64,000 nt of DNA from the human T2T-CHM13v2.0 reference genome, Homo sapiens. The stretch is taken from assembly GCF_009914755.1 (NCBI RefSeq), contig NC_060940.1; one strand, given 5' to 3'. The number at the start of each line of letters is the position of its first letter. The stretch's first letter is position 1. Below the pieces are notes generated by a model that did not search any database, was not told the origin of the DNA, and was given only the letters and a program-made list of their open reading frames with translations. The translations under genes were made by a program, and so were the position numbers. Positions 43,934-58,600 of this stretch are shown here, piece after piece.

Positions 43934-46900
43934 GGTTCCACAGGTTTCCATTCGTGTCCATTCCATTATTCCATTCTATTCCATTTGATGATGATTCCAT
44001 TCGATTCCATTCATTGGTGATTCCACTCAATTCCATTCAATGATTCCATTCCATTTCTTTCAACAATGATTCCATTAGTTTCTAATCGATGATCCACTTG
44101 ATTCCATTTGACGACGATTCCATTCTTGTCCATTCGATGATTCCATTTGATTCCATATGATGATGATTCCATTCGATTCCATACCATGATGATTCCATTC
44201 GAGTCCATTCAATGGTGATTCCATTCAATTCCATTCGATGATTCCTTTCGATTCCATTCGATGATGATGGCATTCGATTCCTTTCAATCATTCCCTTTGA
44301 TTCCATTCAAAGGTGATTTCATTCAAGTCCATTCGATAATTGCATTCGATTCCATTCTATGATGATTCCATTCGAGTCCATTTGATGATTCCATTCAATT
44401 CAAGTCAATGATGATTCCATTCGATTCCATTCGATGATTCCATTGGATTCCATTCGATGATGATTCCATTCAAATCCATTCGATAATTCAATTCAAGTCC
44501 ATTCGATGATGATTAAAATCGAATCCATTCAAAGATTCCATTCAGTTCCATTCGATGATTCCCTTAGATTCCATTCGATGATTCCACTTGATTTCATTTA
44601 CGATGATTCCATTCGATTCCACGTGATGATTCCATTCAATTCTATTCAATGCTGTTTCCATTTGATTCCATTCGACCATGATTGCCTTTGATTCCATTCA
44701 ATGACTCCATTCGGTTCCTTTTGATGATGATTCCGTTCGATTCCATTTGATGATTCCATTTGATTCCATTGGATGAGTCCATTCGATTACATTCGATGAT
44801 TATTCCATTCGAGTGCATTAGATGATTCCATTCGAGTCCATTCGATGATTCCATTCGATTCCATTCGATGTTGATTCTGTTCAAATCCATTCGATGATTC
44901 CACTCGATTCCATTCGATGACTCCAGTTGATCCCATTCGATGATTTCCTTTGATTCCCTTTGATGATCATTCCATTTGATTCAATTCGGTGATTTCATTT
45001 GATTCCATTCAGTGATGTTTCCATTCGACTCCATTCGATGATGATTCCATTCGACTCCATTCGATTATGATTTCATTCAATTCCATTCGATAATGATTCC
45101 CTTCGAGTCCATTCGATGATTCCATTCGATTCCATTCAACGATGATTTGATTCGTGTCCATTCGATGATTCCATTTGATTCCACTTGATGATGATTCCAT
45201 TCGAGTCCATTTGATGATTCCATTCAATTCCATTCTCCGATGATTTCTTTTGAGCCCATTCAATGCTTCCACTCGATTCCATATGATGATGACTCCATTC
45301 GATGAAATTCGATGATGATTCCCTTTGATTCCATTCAAAGATGATTCCATTCTAGCCCATTCAATCATTCCATTCGATTCTATTCAATGATGATTCCATT
45401 CATGTCGATTTGGTGATTCCATTTGACTTCATTTGATGATGATTCCTTTCAAGTTCATTAGATGATTCCATTCGATTCCATTTGATGATGATCCCATTCG
45501 AGTCCATTCAGTGATTCCACTCGTTTCCATTCCATGATGATTCCATTCCATTCCATTCAATGATTCCATTCGATTCCGTTTGATGATGATTTCATTCGAG
45601 TCCATTTGATGATTCCATTTGATTCCATTCGATGATGATTCCATTCGAGTCCATTCGATGATTCTATTCGAATCCATTTGATGATTTCTTTTGATTATAG
45701 TTGGTGATGATTCCATTGGAGTCCATTCAATGATTCCATTCGATTCCAATCGATGGTGATTCCATTAGAGTCCATTTAATGATTCCATTTGATTCCAGTC
45801 TCTGATGATTACATTCGAGTCCATACGATGATTCCACTCAATTCCATATGATGATGATTCCATTCGATTCCATTCGATGATTCCATTCTATTCTATTCAA
45901 TGGTGATTCCATTCGAGTACATTAGATGATTCCATTCGATTCCATTCAATGATGATTCTATTTGTGTCCCTTAGATGATTCCACATGATTCCATTAGATG
46001 ATGATACTATTTGAGCCCATCCAATGATTCCCTTCGATTCCATTCGATGAGGATTCCATTCGATTCAATTCATTGGTGATTGTATTCAATTCAATTCTTT
46101 GATTCCATTCCATTCCATTCGACAATGATTCCATTCGATTTCTTTCGATGATTCCACTCGATTCCACTTGACATTGATTCCCTTCGATTCCATTCAATGA
46201 TTCCATTTGATTCCAGTGGATGATGATTGCCATCGATTCCATTCGATCACTCCATTCTATTCCATTTGATGATGATTACATTCGATTCCATTTGACGATT
46301 CCATCTGATTCTATTCGAGGATTCCATTTGATTCCATTCGATGATGATTCCATTCGAGTCCATTCGATGATTTCATTCGAGTACATCCAATGATTCCATT
46401 CGAGTCCATTTGATGATTCCATTTGATTCCATTTGATAATGATTCTACTAGAGTCCATTCAATGACTCCATTGGAGTCCATTCAACAATTCCATTCGACT
46501 CCATTTGATGATTCCATTCGATTCCATTTGATGATTCCATTCGAGTCCATTTAATCATTACAGTCGAGTCCATTTGGTGATTCCACCGGATTTCTTTTGA
46601 TAATGATACCATTCAAATACATTTGATGATGATCCCATTCAATTTCATTTGATGATGATTCCATTAGAGTCCATTCGATGATTTCATTCGAGTCCCTTCA
46701 TTGATTCCATCCGATTTCATTGGATGATGACTCCATTCGAGTCCATTCGATGATTCCACTCGATTCCATTAGATGATTCCATTGGAGTCCATTTGATTGT
46801 TCCATTCGATTCCATTCAATTCCTTTCGAAGATTATTCCATTTGAGTCCATTCGACGATGATTCCATTCCATTCCATTCGATGATTCCGTTTGATTCCAT

Positions 46901-49900
46901 TCGATGATTCCCTTCGATTCCTTTCTTTGATGATTCCATTCCATTCCATTCAATGATTCCATTCGAATCTATTCCATGATGATTCCTTTCGATTCCATTC
47001 GCTGATGTTTCCGTTCAATTCCATTCGATGATGATTCCATTCGATTCCATTCATTGAGGATTCCATTTGATTCCATTCAATGATGATTCCGTTCTATTCC
47101 ATTCAATGATTGCATTCAATTCCATTCAATGATTATCCCCTTAGAGTAAACTCAACGATTCCATTCAATACCATTCGATGATGATTCCTTTTGAGTCCAT
47201 TCAATGATTTCATTCAAGTCCATTTGATGATTCCTTTCAATTCCATTCTATGATGATTCCATTCGAGTCCATTCGATGATTCTATTCGATTGCATTCGAT
47301 GATTCCATTATATTCCAGTCAATGATGATTCCATTCGAGTCCATTCGATGATTCCATTAGAGTACATTTAATGATTGCTTTGTTTTCAATTCGAAGATGA
47401 TTACATTGGATTCCATTCAATGATACCATTCGATTCCATTCAATGATGATTCCACTCAAATCCATTGGATGATTCCATTCGTGTCCATTCGGTGATTTCA
47501 TTAGATTCCATTCGAGGATGATTCCATTCGATTCCATTCGATGATTCCATTCAATTCCATTCGATGATGATTCCATTCCAGTCCATATGATCATTCCATT
47601 TGATTTCATTCGATGATGATTCCATTCGATTCCATTCGATGATTCCATTCTATTCCATTCGATGATGATTCCATTCGAGTCCATTCGATGATTCCATTCG
47701 AGTCCATTTAATGATTCCATTGGGTTCAATTCAATGATGATTACATTGGATTCCGTTCTATGATTCCATTCAATTCCGTTCATAGACAATTTGATTCCAT
47801 TCGATGATGATTCCATTTGAGTTCATTCGATGATTCTATTCGATTCTCTTCGATGGTGATTCAATTCTATTATATTGGATGATTCCATTCGATTCCATTT
47901 GATGTTGATTCAATTCGATTCTATTCGATGATGATTCCATTGGATTTCACTTGATGATTCTATTCGATTCCATTCAATGATGATTCACTTCTCGTCCATT
48001 GGATGATTCCATTTCATTCCATTCGATGATGATTCCATTCGATTCCATTCGATGATTCCATTTGATTCCATGCGACGGTGAGCAATTCGATTCAATTCCA
48101 TGATGATTCTATTTGATTCAATTAGATGATGTTTCCATTCGAATCCATTCCATGATTATTCCATTGGAATCCATTTGGCGATGATTCCATATGAGTCAAT
48201 TCAATGATGATTCCATATGGGTCCGTTCGATGATAATTCCATTTGATTTCATTCGATGCTTCTATTCTATTCCAGTCGATGATGATTCCGTTGGAGTCCA
48301 TACGATGATTCCATTTGATTTCATTTGATGATGATTCCATTCGATGATGATTACATTGGATTCCATTCTATGATTCCATTCGATTCCATTCGTTGATGAT
48401 TTGATTCCATTCGATGATGATTCCATTTGAGTTCATTCGATGATTCTATTCGATTCTCTTCGATGGTGATTCAATTCTATTATATTGGATGATTCCATTC
48501 GATTCCATTTGATGTTGATTTAATTCGATTCTATTCGATGATGATTCCATTGGATTTCACTTGATGATTCTATTCGATTCCATTCAATGATGATTCACTT
48601 CTCGTCCATTGGATGATTCCATTTCATTCCATTCGATGATGATTCCATTCGATTCCATTCGATGATTCCATTTGATTCCATGCGTCGGTGAGCAATTCGA
48701 TTCAATTCCATGATGATTCTATTTGATTCAATTAGATGATGTTTCCATTCGAATCCATTCCATGATTATTCCATTGGAATCCATTCGGTGATGATTCCAT
48801 ATGAGTCAATTCAATGATGATTCCATATGGGTCCGTTCGATGATAATTCCATTTGATTTCATTCGGTACTTCTATTCAATTCCAGTCGATGATGATTCCG
48901 TTGGAGTCCATACGATGATTCCATTTGATTTCATTTGATGATGATTCCATTCGATGATGATTACATTGGATTCCATTCTATGATTCCATTCAATTCCATT
49001 CGTTGATGATTCGATTCCATTCAATGATGATTCTATTTGAGTTCATTCGATGATTCTATTCGATTCCGTTCGATGGTGATTCAATTCTCTTATATTGGAT
49101 GAATCCACTCGATACCATTTGATGATTATTCCATTGGAGTCCACTTAGTGAATCCTTCAGATTCTACTCGAAGATGATTCCATTCAAGTCCATTCGATGA
49201 TACCATTCAATTCCATTCGTTGATGCTTCCATTCAAGTGCATTCGATGATATCATTCGATTCCATTTGATGATAATTCCATTTGATTCCATGCGATGATT
49301 CTATTCGATTCCATTCAATGATAATTCCATTCAGTTCAGTGATTCCTCTGGACTCCATTTGATGATGATTCCATTGAATGATTCCATTTGATTCTATTCG
49401 AAAATGATTCCATTTGAATCCATTTGATGATGATTCTATTAGATTCCATTTGATGATTCCATTCGATTCCATGCGACGATGATTCCATTCGATTCCATTT
49501 GATGATTCCATTCTATTCTATTCGATGATGATTCCATTCGATTCCATTCGATGATGATTGGATTCGATTCCATTTGATGATTTCATTTGATTCCATTCGT
49601 TAATGATTTCGATCAATTCCATTCGATGATTCCATTCGATTCCATTCGATAATGATTACATCCGTGTCCATTCAATGATTCCATTTGAGCCTGTTCGATA
49701 ATTCCATTTGTGTCCAACCAATGATTCCATTCATTTCCATTCAATGATTCCATTCGAGTCCATTTGATCATTCCGGTAGGGTCCATTCGATGTTGATTCC
49801 ATTGGAGTGCATTCGATGATTCCATTCGAGTCCATTTTATGATTTGATTCGAGTCCTTTCGATGATTCCATTCGATTCCACTCGATGATGATTTCATTCG

Positions 49901-50085
49901 AGTCCATTCGACACTTCCAATCGATTCCATTTGATGTTTCCATTCGAGTCCAATTGATGATTCCATTCAATTCCATTCGATGATGATTCCGTACGATTCC
50001 ATTCTGTGATGATTCCCTGTGATTCCATTCAATGATGATTCCTTTAGATTGCATTCGATTGTGATTCATTTCGTCTTCATTCTAT
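43934..50085 (+). repeat. 6152-bp unit = A1 minus 570 bp plus a 610-bp duplication
   Basis: 570-bp deletion junction at 45307-45322. The GGTGAGCAATTCG block occurs twice, 610 bp apart (~48077 and ~48687). 6112-570+610=6152. Confidence 0.88.
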
Positions 50086-53000
50086 GGTTCCACAGGTTTC
50101 CATTCGTGTCCATTCCATTATTCCATTCTATTCCATTTGATGATGATTCCATTCGATTCCATTCATTGGTGATTCCACTCAATTCCATTCAATGATTCCA
50201 TTCCATTTCTTTCAACAATGATTCCATTAGTTTCTAATCGATGATCCACTTGATTCCATTTGACGACGATTCCATTCTTGTCCATTCGATGATTCCATTT
50301 GATTCCATATGATGATGATTCCATTCGATTCCATACCATGATGATTCCATTCGAGTCCATTCAATGGTGATTCCATTCAATTCCATTCGATGATTCCTTT
50401 CGATTCCATTCGATGATGATGGCATTCGATTCCTTTCAATCATTCCCTTTGATTCCATTCAAAGGTGATTTCATTCAAGTCCATTCGATAATTGCATTCG
50501 ATTCCATTCTATGATGATTCCATTCGAGTCCATTTGATGATTCCATTCAATTCAAGTCAATGATGATTCCATTCGATTCCATTCGATGATTCCATTGGAT
50601 TCCATTCGATGATGATTCCATTCAAATCCATTCGATAATTCAATTCAAGTCCATTCGATGATGATTAAAATCGAATCCATTCAAAGATTCCATTCAGTTC
50701 CATTCGATGATTCCCTTAGATTCCATTCGATGATTCCACTTGATTTCATTTACGATGATTCCATTCGATTCCACGTGATGATTCCATTCAATTCTATTCA
50801 ATGCTGTTTCCATTTGATTCCATTCGACCATGATTGCCTTTGATTCCATTCAATGACTCCATTCGGTTCCTTTTGATGATGATTCCGTTCGATTCCATTT
50901 GATGATTCCATTTGATTCCATTGGATGAGTCCATTCGATTACATTCGATGATTATTCCATTCGAGTGCATTAGATGATTCCATTCGAGTCCATTCGATGA
51001 TTCCATTCGATTCCATTCGATGTTGATTCTGTTCAAATCCATTCGATGATTCCACTCGATTCCATTCGATGACTCCAGTTGATCCCATTCGATGATTTCC
51101 TTTGATTCCCTTTGATGATCATTCCATTTGATTCAATTCGGTGATTTCATTTGATTCCATTCAGTGATGTTTCCATTCGACTCCATTCGATGATGATTCC
51201 ATTCGACTCCATTCGATTATGATTTCATTCAATTCCATTCGATAATGATTCCCTTCGAGTCCATTCGATGATTCCATTCGATTCCATTCAACGATGATTT
51301 GATTCGTGTCCATTCGATGATTCCATTTGATTCCACTTGATGATGATTCCATTCGAGTCCATTTGATGATTCCATTCAATTCCATTCTCCGATGATTTCT
51401 TTTGAGCCCATTCAATGCTTCCACTCGATTCCATATGATGATGACTCCATTCGATGAAATTCGATGATGATTCCCTTTGATTCCATTCAAAGATGATTCC
51501 ATTCTAGCCCATTCAATCATTCCATTCGATTCTATTCAATGATGATTCCATTCATGTCGATTTGGTGATTCCATTTGACTTCATTTGATGATGATTCCTT
51601 TCAAGTTCATTAGATGATTCCATTCGATTCCATTTGATGATGATCCCATTCGAGTCCATTCAGTGATTCCACTCGTTTCCATTCCATGATGATTCCATTC
51701 CATTCCATTCAATGATTCCATTCGATTCCGTTTGATGATGATTTCATTCGAGTCCATTTGATGATTCCATTTGATTCCATTCGATGATGATTCCATTCGA
51801 GTCCATTCGATGATTCTATTCGAATCCATTTGATGATTTCTTTTGATTATAGTTGGTGATGATTCCATTGGAGTCCATTCAATGATTCCATTCGATTCCA
51901 ATCGATGGTGATTCCATTAGAGTCCATTTAATGATTCCATTTGATTCCAGTCTCTGATGATTACATTCGAGTCCATACGATGATTCCACTCAATTCCATA
52001 TGATGATGATTCCATTCGATTCCATTCGATGATTCCATTCTATTCTATTCAATGGTGATTCCATTCGAGTACATTAGATGATTCCATTCGATTCCATTCA
52101 ATGATGATTCTATTTGTGTCCCTTAGATGATTCCACATGATTCCATTAGATGATGATACTATTTGAGCCCATCCAATGATTCCCTTCGATTCCATTCGAT
52201 GAGGATTCCATTCGATTCAATTCATTGGTGATTGTATTCAATTCAATTCTTTGATTCCATTCCATTCCATTCGACAATGATTCCATTCGATTTCTTTCGA
52301 TGATTCCACTCGATTCCACTTGACATTGATTCCCTTCGATTCCATTCAATGATTCCATTTGATTCCAGTGGATGATGATTGCCATCGATTCCATTCGATC
52401 ACTCCATTCTATTCCATTTGATGATGATTACATTCGATTCCATTTGACGATTCCATCTGATTCTATTCGAGGATTCCATTTGATTCCATTCGATGATGAT
52501 TCCATTCGAGTCCATTCGATGATTTCATTCGAGTACATCCAATGATTCCATTCGAGTCCATTTGATGATTCCATTTGATTCCATTTGATAATGATTCTAC
52601 TAGAGTCCATTCAATGACTCCATTGGAGTCCATTCAACAATTCCATTCGACTCCATTTGATGATTCCATTCGATTCCATTTGATGATTCCATTCGAGTCC
52701 ATTTAATCATTACAGTCGAGTCCATTTGGTGATTCCACCGGATTTCTTTTGATAATGATACCATTCAAATACATTTGATGATGATCCCATTCAATTTCAT
52801 TTGATGATGATTCCATTAGAGTCCATTCGATGATTTCATTCGAGTCCCTTCATTGATTCCATCCGATTTCATTGGATGATGACTCCATTCGAGTCCATTC
52901 GATGATTCCACTCGATTCCATTAGATGATTCCATTGGAGTCCATTTGATTGTTCCATTCGATTCCATTCAATTCCTTTCGAAGATTATTCCATTTGAGTC

Positions 53001-55627
53001 CATTCGACGATGATTCCATTCCATTCCATTCGATGATTCCGTTTGATTCCATTCGATGATTCCCTTCGATTCCTTTCTTTGATGATTCCATTCCATTCCA
53101 TTCAATGATTCCATTCGAATCTATTCCATGATGATTCCTTTCGATTCCATTCGCTGATGTTTCCGTTCAATTCCATTCGATGATGATTCCATTCGATTCC
53201 ATTCATTGAGGATTCCATTTGATTCCATTCAATGATGATTCCGTTCTATTCCATTCAATGATTGCATTCAATTCCATTCAATGATTATCCCCTTAGAGTA
53301 AACTCAACGATTCCATTCAATACCATTCGATGATGATTCCTTTTGAGTCCATTCAATGATTTCATTCAAGTCCATTTGATGATTCCTTTCAATTCCATTC
53401 TATGATGATTCCATTCGAGTCCATTCGATGATTCCATTCGATTGCATTCGATGATTCCATTATATTCCAGTCAACGATGATTCCATTCGAGTCCATTCGA
53501 TGATTCCATTAGAGTACATTTAATGATTGCTTTGTTTTCAATTCGAAGATGATTACATTGGATTCCATTCTATGATACCATTCGATTCCATTCAATGATG
53601 ATTCCACTCAAATCCATTGGATGATTCCATTCGTGTCCATTCGGTGATTTCATTAGATTCCATTCGAGGATGATTCCATTCGATTCCATTCGATGATTCC
53701 ATTCAATTCCATTCGATGATGATTCCATTCCAGTCCATATGATCATTCCATTTGATTTCATTCGATGATGATTCCATTCGATTCCATTCGATGATTCCGT
53801 TCTATTCCATTCGATGATGATTCCATTCGAGTCCATTCGATGATTCCATTCGAGTCCATTTAATGATTCCATTGGGTTCAATTCAATGATGATTACATTG
53901 GATTCCGTTCTATGATTCCATTCAATTCCGTTCATAGACAATTTGATTCCATTCGATGATGATTCCATTTGAGTTCATTCGATGATTCTATTCGATTCTC
54001 TTCGATGGTGATTCAATTCTATTATATTGGATGATTCCATTCGATTCCATTTGATGTTGATTCAATTCGATTCTATTCGATGATGATTCCATTGGATTTC
54101 ACTTGATGATTCTATTCGATTCCATTCAATGATGATTCACTTCTCGTCCATTGGATGATTCCATTTCATTCCATTCGATGATGATTCCATTCGATTCCAT
54201 TCGATGATTCCATTTGATTCCATGCGACGGTGAGCAATTCGATTCAATTCCATGATGATTCTATTTGATTCAATTAGATGATGTTTCCATTCGAATCCAT
54301 TCCATGATTATTCCATTGGAATCCATTTGGCGATGATTCCATATGAGTCAATTCAATGATGATTCCATATGGGTCCGTTCGATGATAATTCCATTTGATT
54401 TCATTCGATGCTTCTATTCTATTCCAGTCGATGATGATTCCGTTGGAGTCCATACGATGATTCCATTTGATTTCATTTGATGATGATTCCATTCGATGAT
54501 GATTACATTGGATTCCATTCTATGATTCCATTCGATTCCATTCGTTGATGATTCGATTCCATTCAATGATGATTCCATTTGAGTTCATTCGATGATTCTA
54601 TTCGATTCCGTTCGATGGTGATTCAATTCTATTATATAGGATGATTCCACTCGATTCCATTTGATGATTATTCCATTGGAGTCCACTTAGTGAATCCTTT
54701 AGATTCTACTCGAAGATGATTCCATTCGAGTCCATTCGATGATACCATTCAATTCCATTCGTTGATGCTTCCATTCAAGTGCATTCGATGATATCATTCG
54801 ATTCCATTTGATGATAATTCCATTTGATTCCATGCGATGATTCTATTCGATTCCATTCAATGATAATTCCATTCAATTCAGTGATTCCTCTGGACTCCAT
54901 TTGATGATGATTCCATTCAATGATTCCATTCGATTCTATTCCAAAATGATTCCATTTGAATCCATTTGATGATGATTCCATTAGATTCCATTTGATGATT
55001 CCATTCGATTCCATTTGACGATGATTCCATTCGATTCCATTTGATGATTCCATTCTATTCTATTCGATGATGATTCCATTCGATTCCATTTGATGATGAT
55101 TGGATTCGATTCCATTTGATGATTTCATTTGATTCCATTCGTTAATGATTTCGATCAACTCCATTCGATGATTCCATTTGATTCCATTCTATAATGATTA
55201 CATCCGAGTCCATTCGATGATTCCATTTGAGCCCGTTCGATAATTCCATTTGAGTCCAATCAATGATTCCATTCATTTCCATTCAATGATTCCATTCGAG
55301 TCCATTTGATCATTCTGGTAGGGTCCGTTCGATGTTGATTCCATTGGAGTGCATTCGATGATTGCATTCGAGTCCATTTTAGGATTTGATTCGAGTCCTT
55401 TCGATGATTCCATTCGATTCCACTCGATGATGATTTCATTCGAGTCCATTCGACACTTCCAATCGATTCCATTTGATGTTTCCATTCGAGTCCAATTGAT
55501 GATTCCATTCAATTCCATTCGATGATGATTCCGTACGATTCCATTCTGTGATGATTCCATGTGATTGCATTCAATGATGATTCCTTTAGATTGCATTCGA
55601 TTGTGATTCATTTCGTCTTCATTCTAT
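50086..55627 (+). repeat. 5542-bp unit = A1 minus 570 bp
   Basis: Landmark spacing, with the deletion junction at 51459-51474. Confidence 0.88.
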
Positions 55628-58600
55628 GGTTCCACAGGTTTCCATTCGTGTCCATTCCATTATTCCATTCTATTCCATTTGGTGATGATTCCATTCGATT
55701 CCATTCATTGGTGATTCCACTCAATTCCATTCAATGATTCCATTCCATTTCTTTCAACAATGATTCCATTAGTTTCTAATCGATGATCCACTTGATTCCA
55801 TTTGACGACGATTCCATTCTTGTCCATTCGATGATTCCATTTGATTCCATATGATGATGATTCCATTCGATTCCATACCATGATGATTCCATTCGAGTCC
55901 ATTCAATGGTGATTCCATTCAATTCCATTCGATGATTCCTTTCGATTCCATTCGATGATGATGGCATTCGATTCCTTTCAATCATTCCCTTTGATTCCAT
56001 TCAAAGGTGATTTCATTCAAGTCCATTCGATAATTGCATTCGATTCCATTCTATGATGATTCCATTCGAGTCCATTTGATGATTCCATTCAATTCAAGTC
56101 AATGATGATTCCATTCGATTCCATTCGATGATTCCATTGGATTCCATTCGATGATGATTCCATTCAAATCCATTCGATAATTCAATTCAAGTCCATTCGA
56201 TGATGATTAAAATCGAATCCATTCAAAGATTCCATTCAGTTCCATTCGATGATTCCCTTAGATTCCATTCGATGATTCCACTTGATTGCATTTACGATGA
56301 TTCCATTCGATTCCATGTGATGATTCCATTCAATACTATTCAATGCTGTTTCCATTTGATTCCATTCGACCATGATTGCCTTTGATTCCATTCAATGACT
56401 CCATTCGGTTCCTTTTGATGATGATTCCGTTCGATTCCATTTGATGATTCCATTTGATTCCATTGGATGAGTCCATTCGATTACATTCGATGATTATTCC
56501 ATTCGAGTGCATTAGATGATTCCATTCGAGTCCATTCGATGATTCCATTCGATTCCATTCGATGTTGATTCTGTTCAAATCCATTCGATGATTCCACTCG
56601 ATTCCATTCGATGACTCCAGTTGATCCCATTCGATGATTTCCTTTGATTCCCTTTGATGATCATTCCATTTGATTCAATTCGGTGATTTCATTTGATTCC
56701 ATTCAGTGATGTTTCCATTCGACTCCATTCGATGATGATTCCATTCGACTCCATTCGATTATGATTTCATTCAATTCCATTCGATAATGATTCCCTTCAA
56801 GTCCATTCGATGATTCCATTCGATTCCATTCAACGATGATTTGATTCGTGTCCATTCGATGATTCCATTTGATTCCACTTGATGATGATTCCATTCGAGT
56901 CCATTTGATGATTCCATTCAATTCCATACTCCGATGATTTCTTTTGAGCCCACTCAATGCTTCCACTCGATTCCATATGATGATGACTCCATTCGATGAA
57001 ATTCGATGATGATTCCATTCGCTTGCTTTCGATGATGATTCCACTTGAGTCTGTTAGAAGATTCTATTCAATTACATTCCATGACGATTCCGTTCGAGTC
57101 CATTTGATGATTCCATTAGACTCCATTCGACGATGATTCCATTCGATGTTATTCGATGATTCCATTCGATCTCATTCGATGATGATTCCATTCAACTCCA
57201 TTCGATGTTTCCATTCGAGTTCATTCTATTTTTCCATTAGATTCCATTCGATGATGATTCCATTCGATTCCATTTGATGATTGCATTCTATTTCATTTGA
57301 TGATGATTCCATTCGAGTCTACTCGATGATTCCATTCGAGTCCATTTAATGAATCCATTGGTTTCAATTCTATGATGATTACATTGGATTCCATTCGTTG
57401 ATGATTTCATTCGGTTCCATTCAATGATGATTCTATTCAATTCCTTTCAATGTTTCCATTCAATTCCATACGATGATGATTCCATTTGATTTGTTTCGAC
57501 AGTGAGCCATTCGATTCAATTCCATGATGATTCTATTTGATTCCATTGGTTGACATTTCCATTCGATTCCATTCGATGATGATTCCCTTTGATTCCATTC
57601 AAAGATGATTCCATTCTAGCCCATTCAATCATTCCATTCGATTCTATTCAATGATGATTCCATTCATGTCGATTTGGTGATTCCATTTGACTTCATTTGA
57701 TGATGATTCCTTTCAAGTTCATTAGATGATTCCATTCGATTCCATTTGATGATGATCCCATTCGAGTCCATTCAGTGATTCCATTCGTTTCCATTCCATG
57801 ATGATTCCATTCCATTCCATGCAATGATTCCATTCGATTCCGTTTGATGATGATTTCATTCGAGTCCATTTGATGATTCCATTTGATTCCATTCGATGAT
57901 GATTCCATTCGAGTCCATTCGATGATTCTATTCGAATCCATTTGATGATTTCTTTTGATTATAGTTGGTGATGATTCCATTGGAGTCCATTCAATGATTC
58001 CATTCGATTCCAATCGATGGTGATTCCATTAGAGTCCATTTAATGATTCCATTTGATTCCAGTCTCTGATGATTACATTCGAGTCCATACGATGATTCCA
58101 CTCAATTCCATATGATGATGATTCCATTCGATTCCATTCGATGATTCCATTCTATTCTATTCAATGGTGATTCCATTCGAGTACATTAGATGATTCCATT
58201 CGATTCCATTCAATGATGATTCTATTTGTGTCCCTTAGATGATTCCACATGATTCCATTAGATGACGATACTATTTCAGCCCATCCAATGATTCCCTTCG
58301 ATTCCATTCGATGAGGATTCCATTCGATTCAATTCATTGGTGATTCTATTCAATTCAATTCTTTGATTCCATTCCATTCCATTCGACAATGATTCCATTC
58401 GATTTCTTTCGATGATTCCACTCGATTCCACTTGACATTGATTCCCTTCGATTCCGTTCAATGATTCCATTTGATTCCAGTGGACGATGATTGCCATCGA
58501 TTCCATTCGATCACTCCATTCTATTCCATTTGATGATGATGACATTCGATTCCATTTGACGATTCCATCTGATTCTATTCGAGGATTCCATTTGATTCCA

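Noticed and set aside
25187-56385. Recurring plus-strand 61-aa ORFs (MMIKIESIQRFHS...)
   Set aside because: A chance open frame created by a 3-bp deletion and SNVs in A1 units. It recurs only because the unit is repeated.
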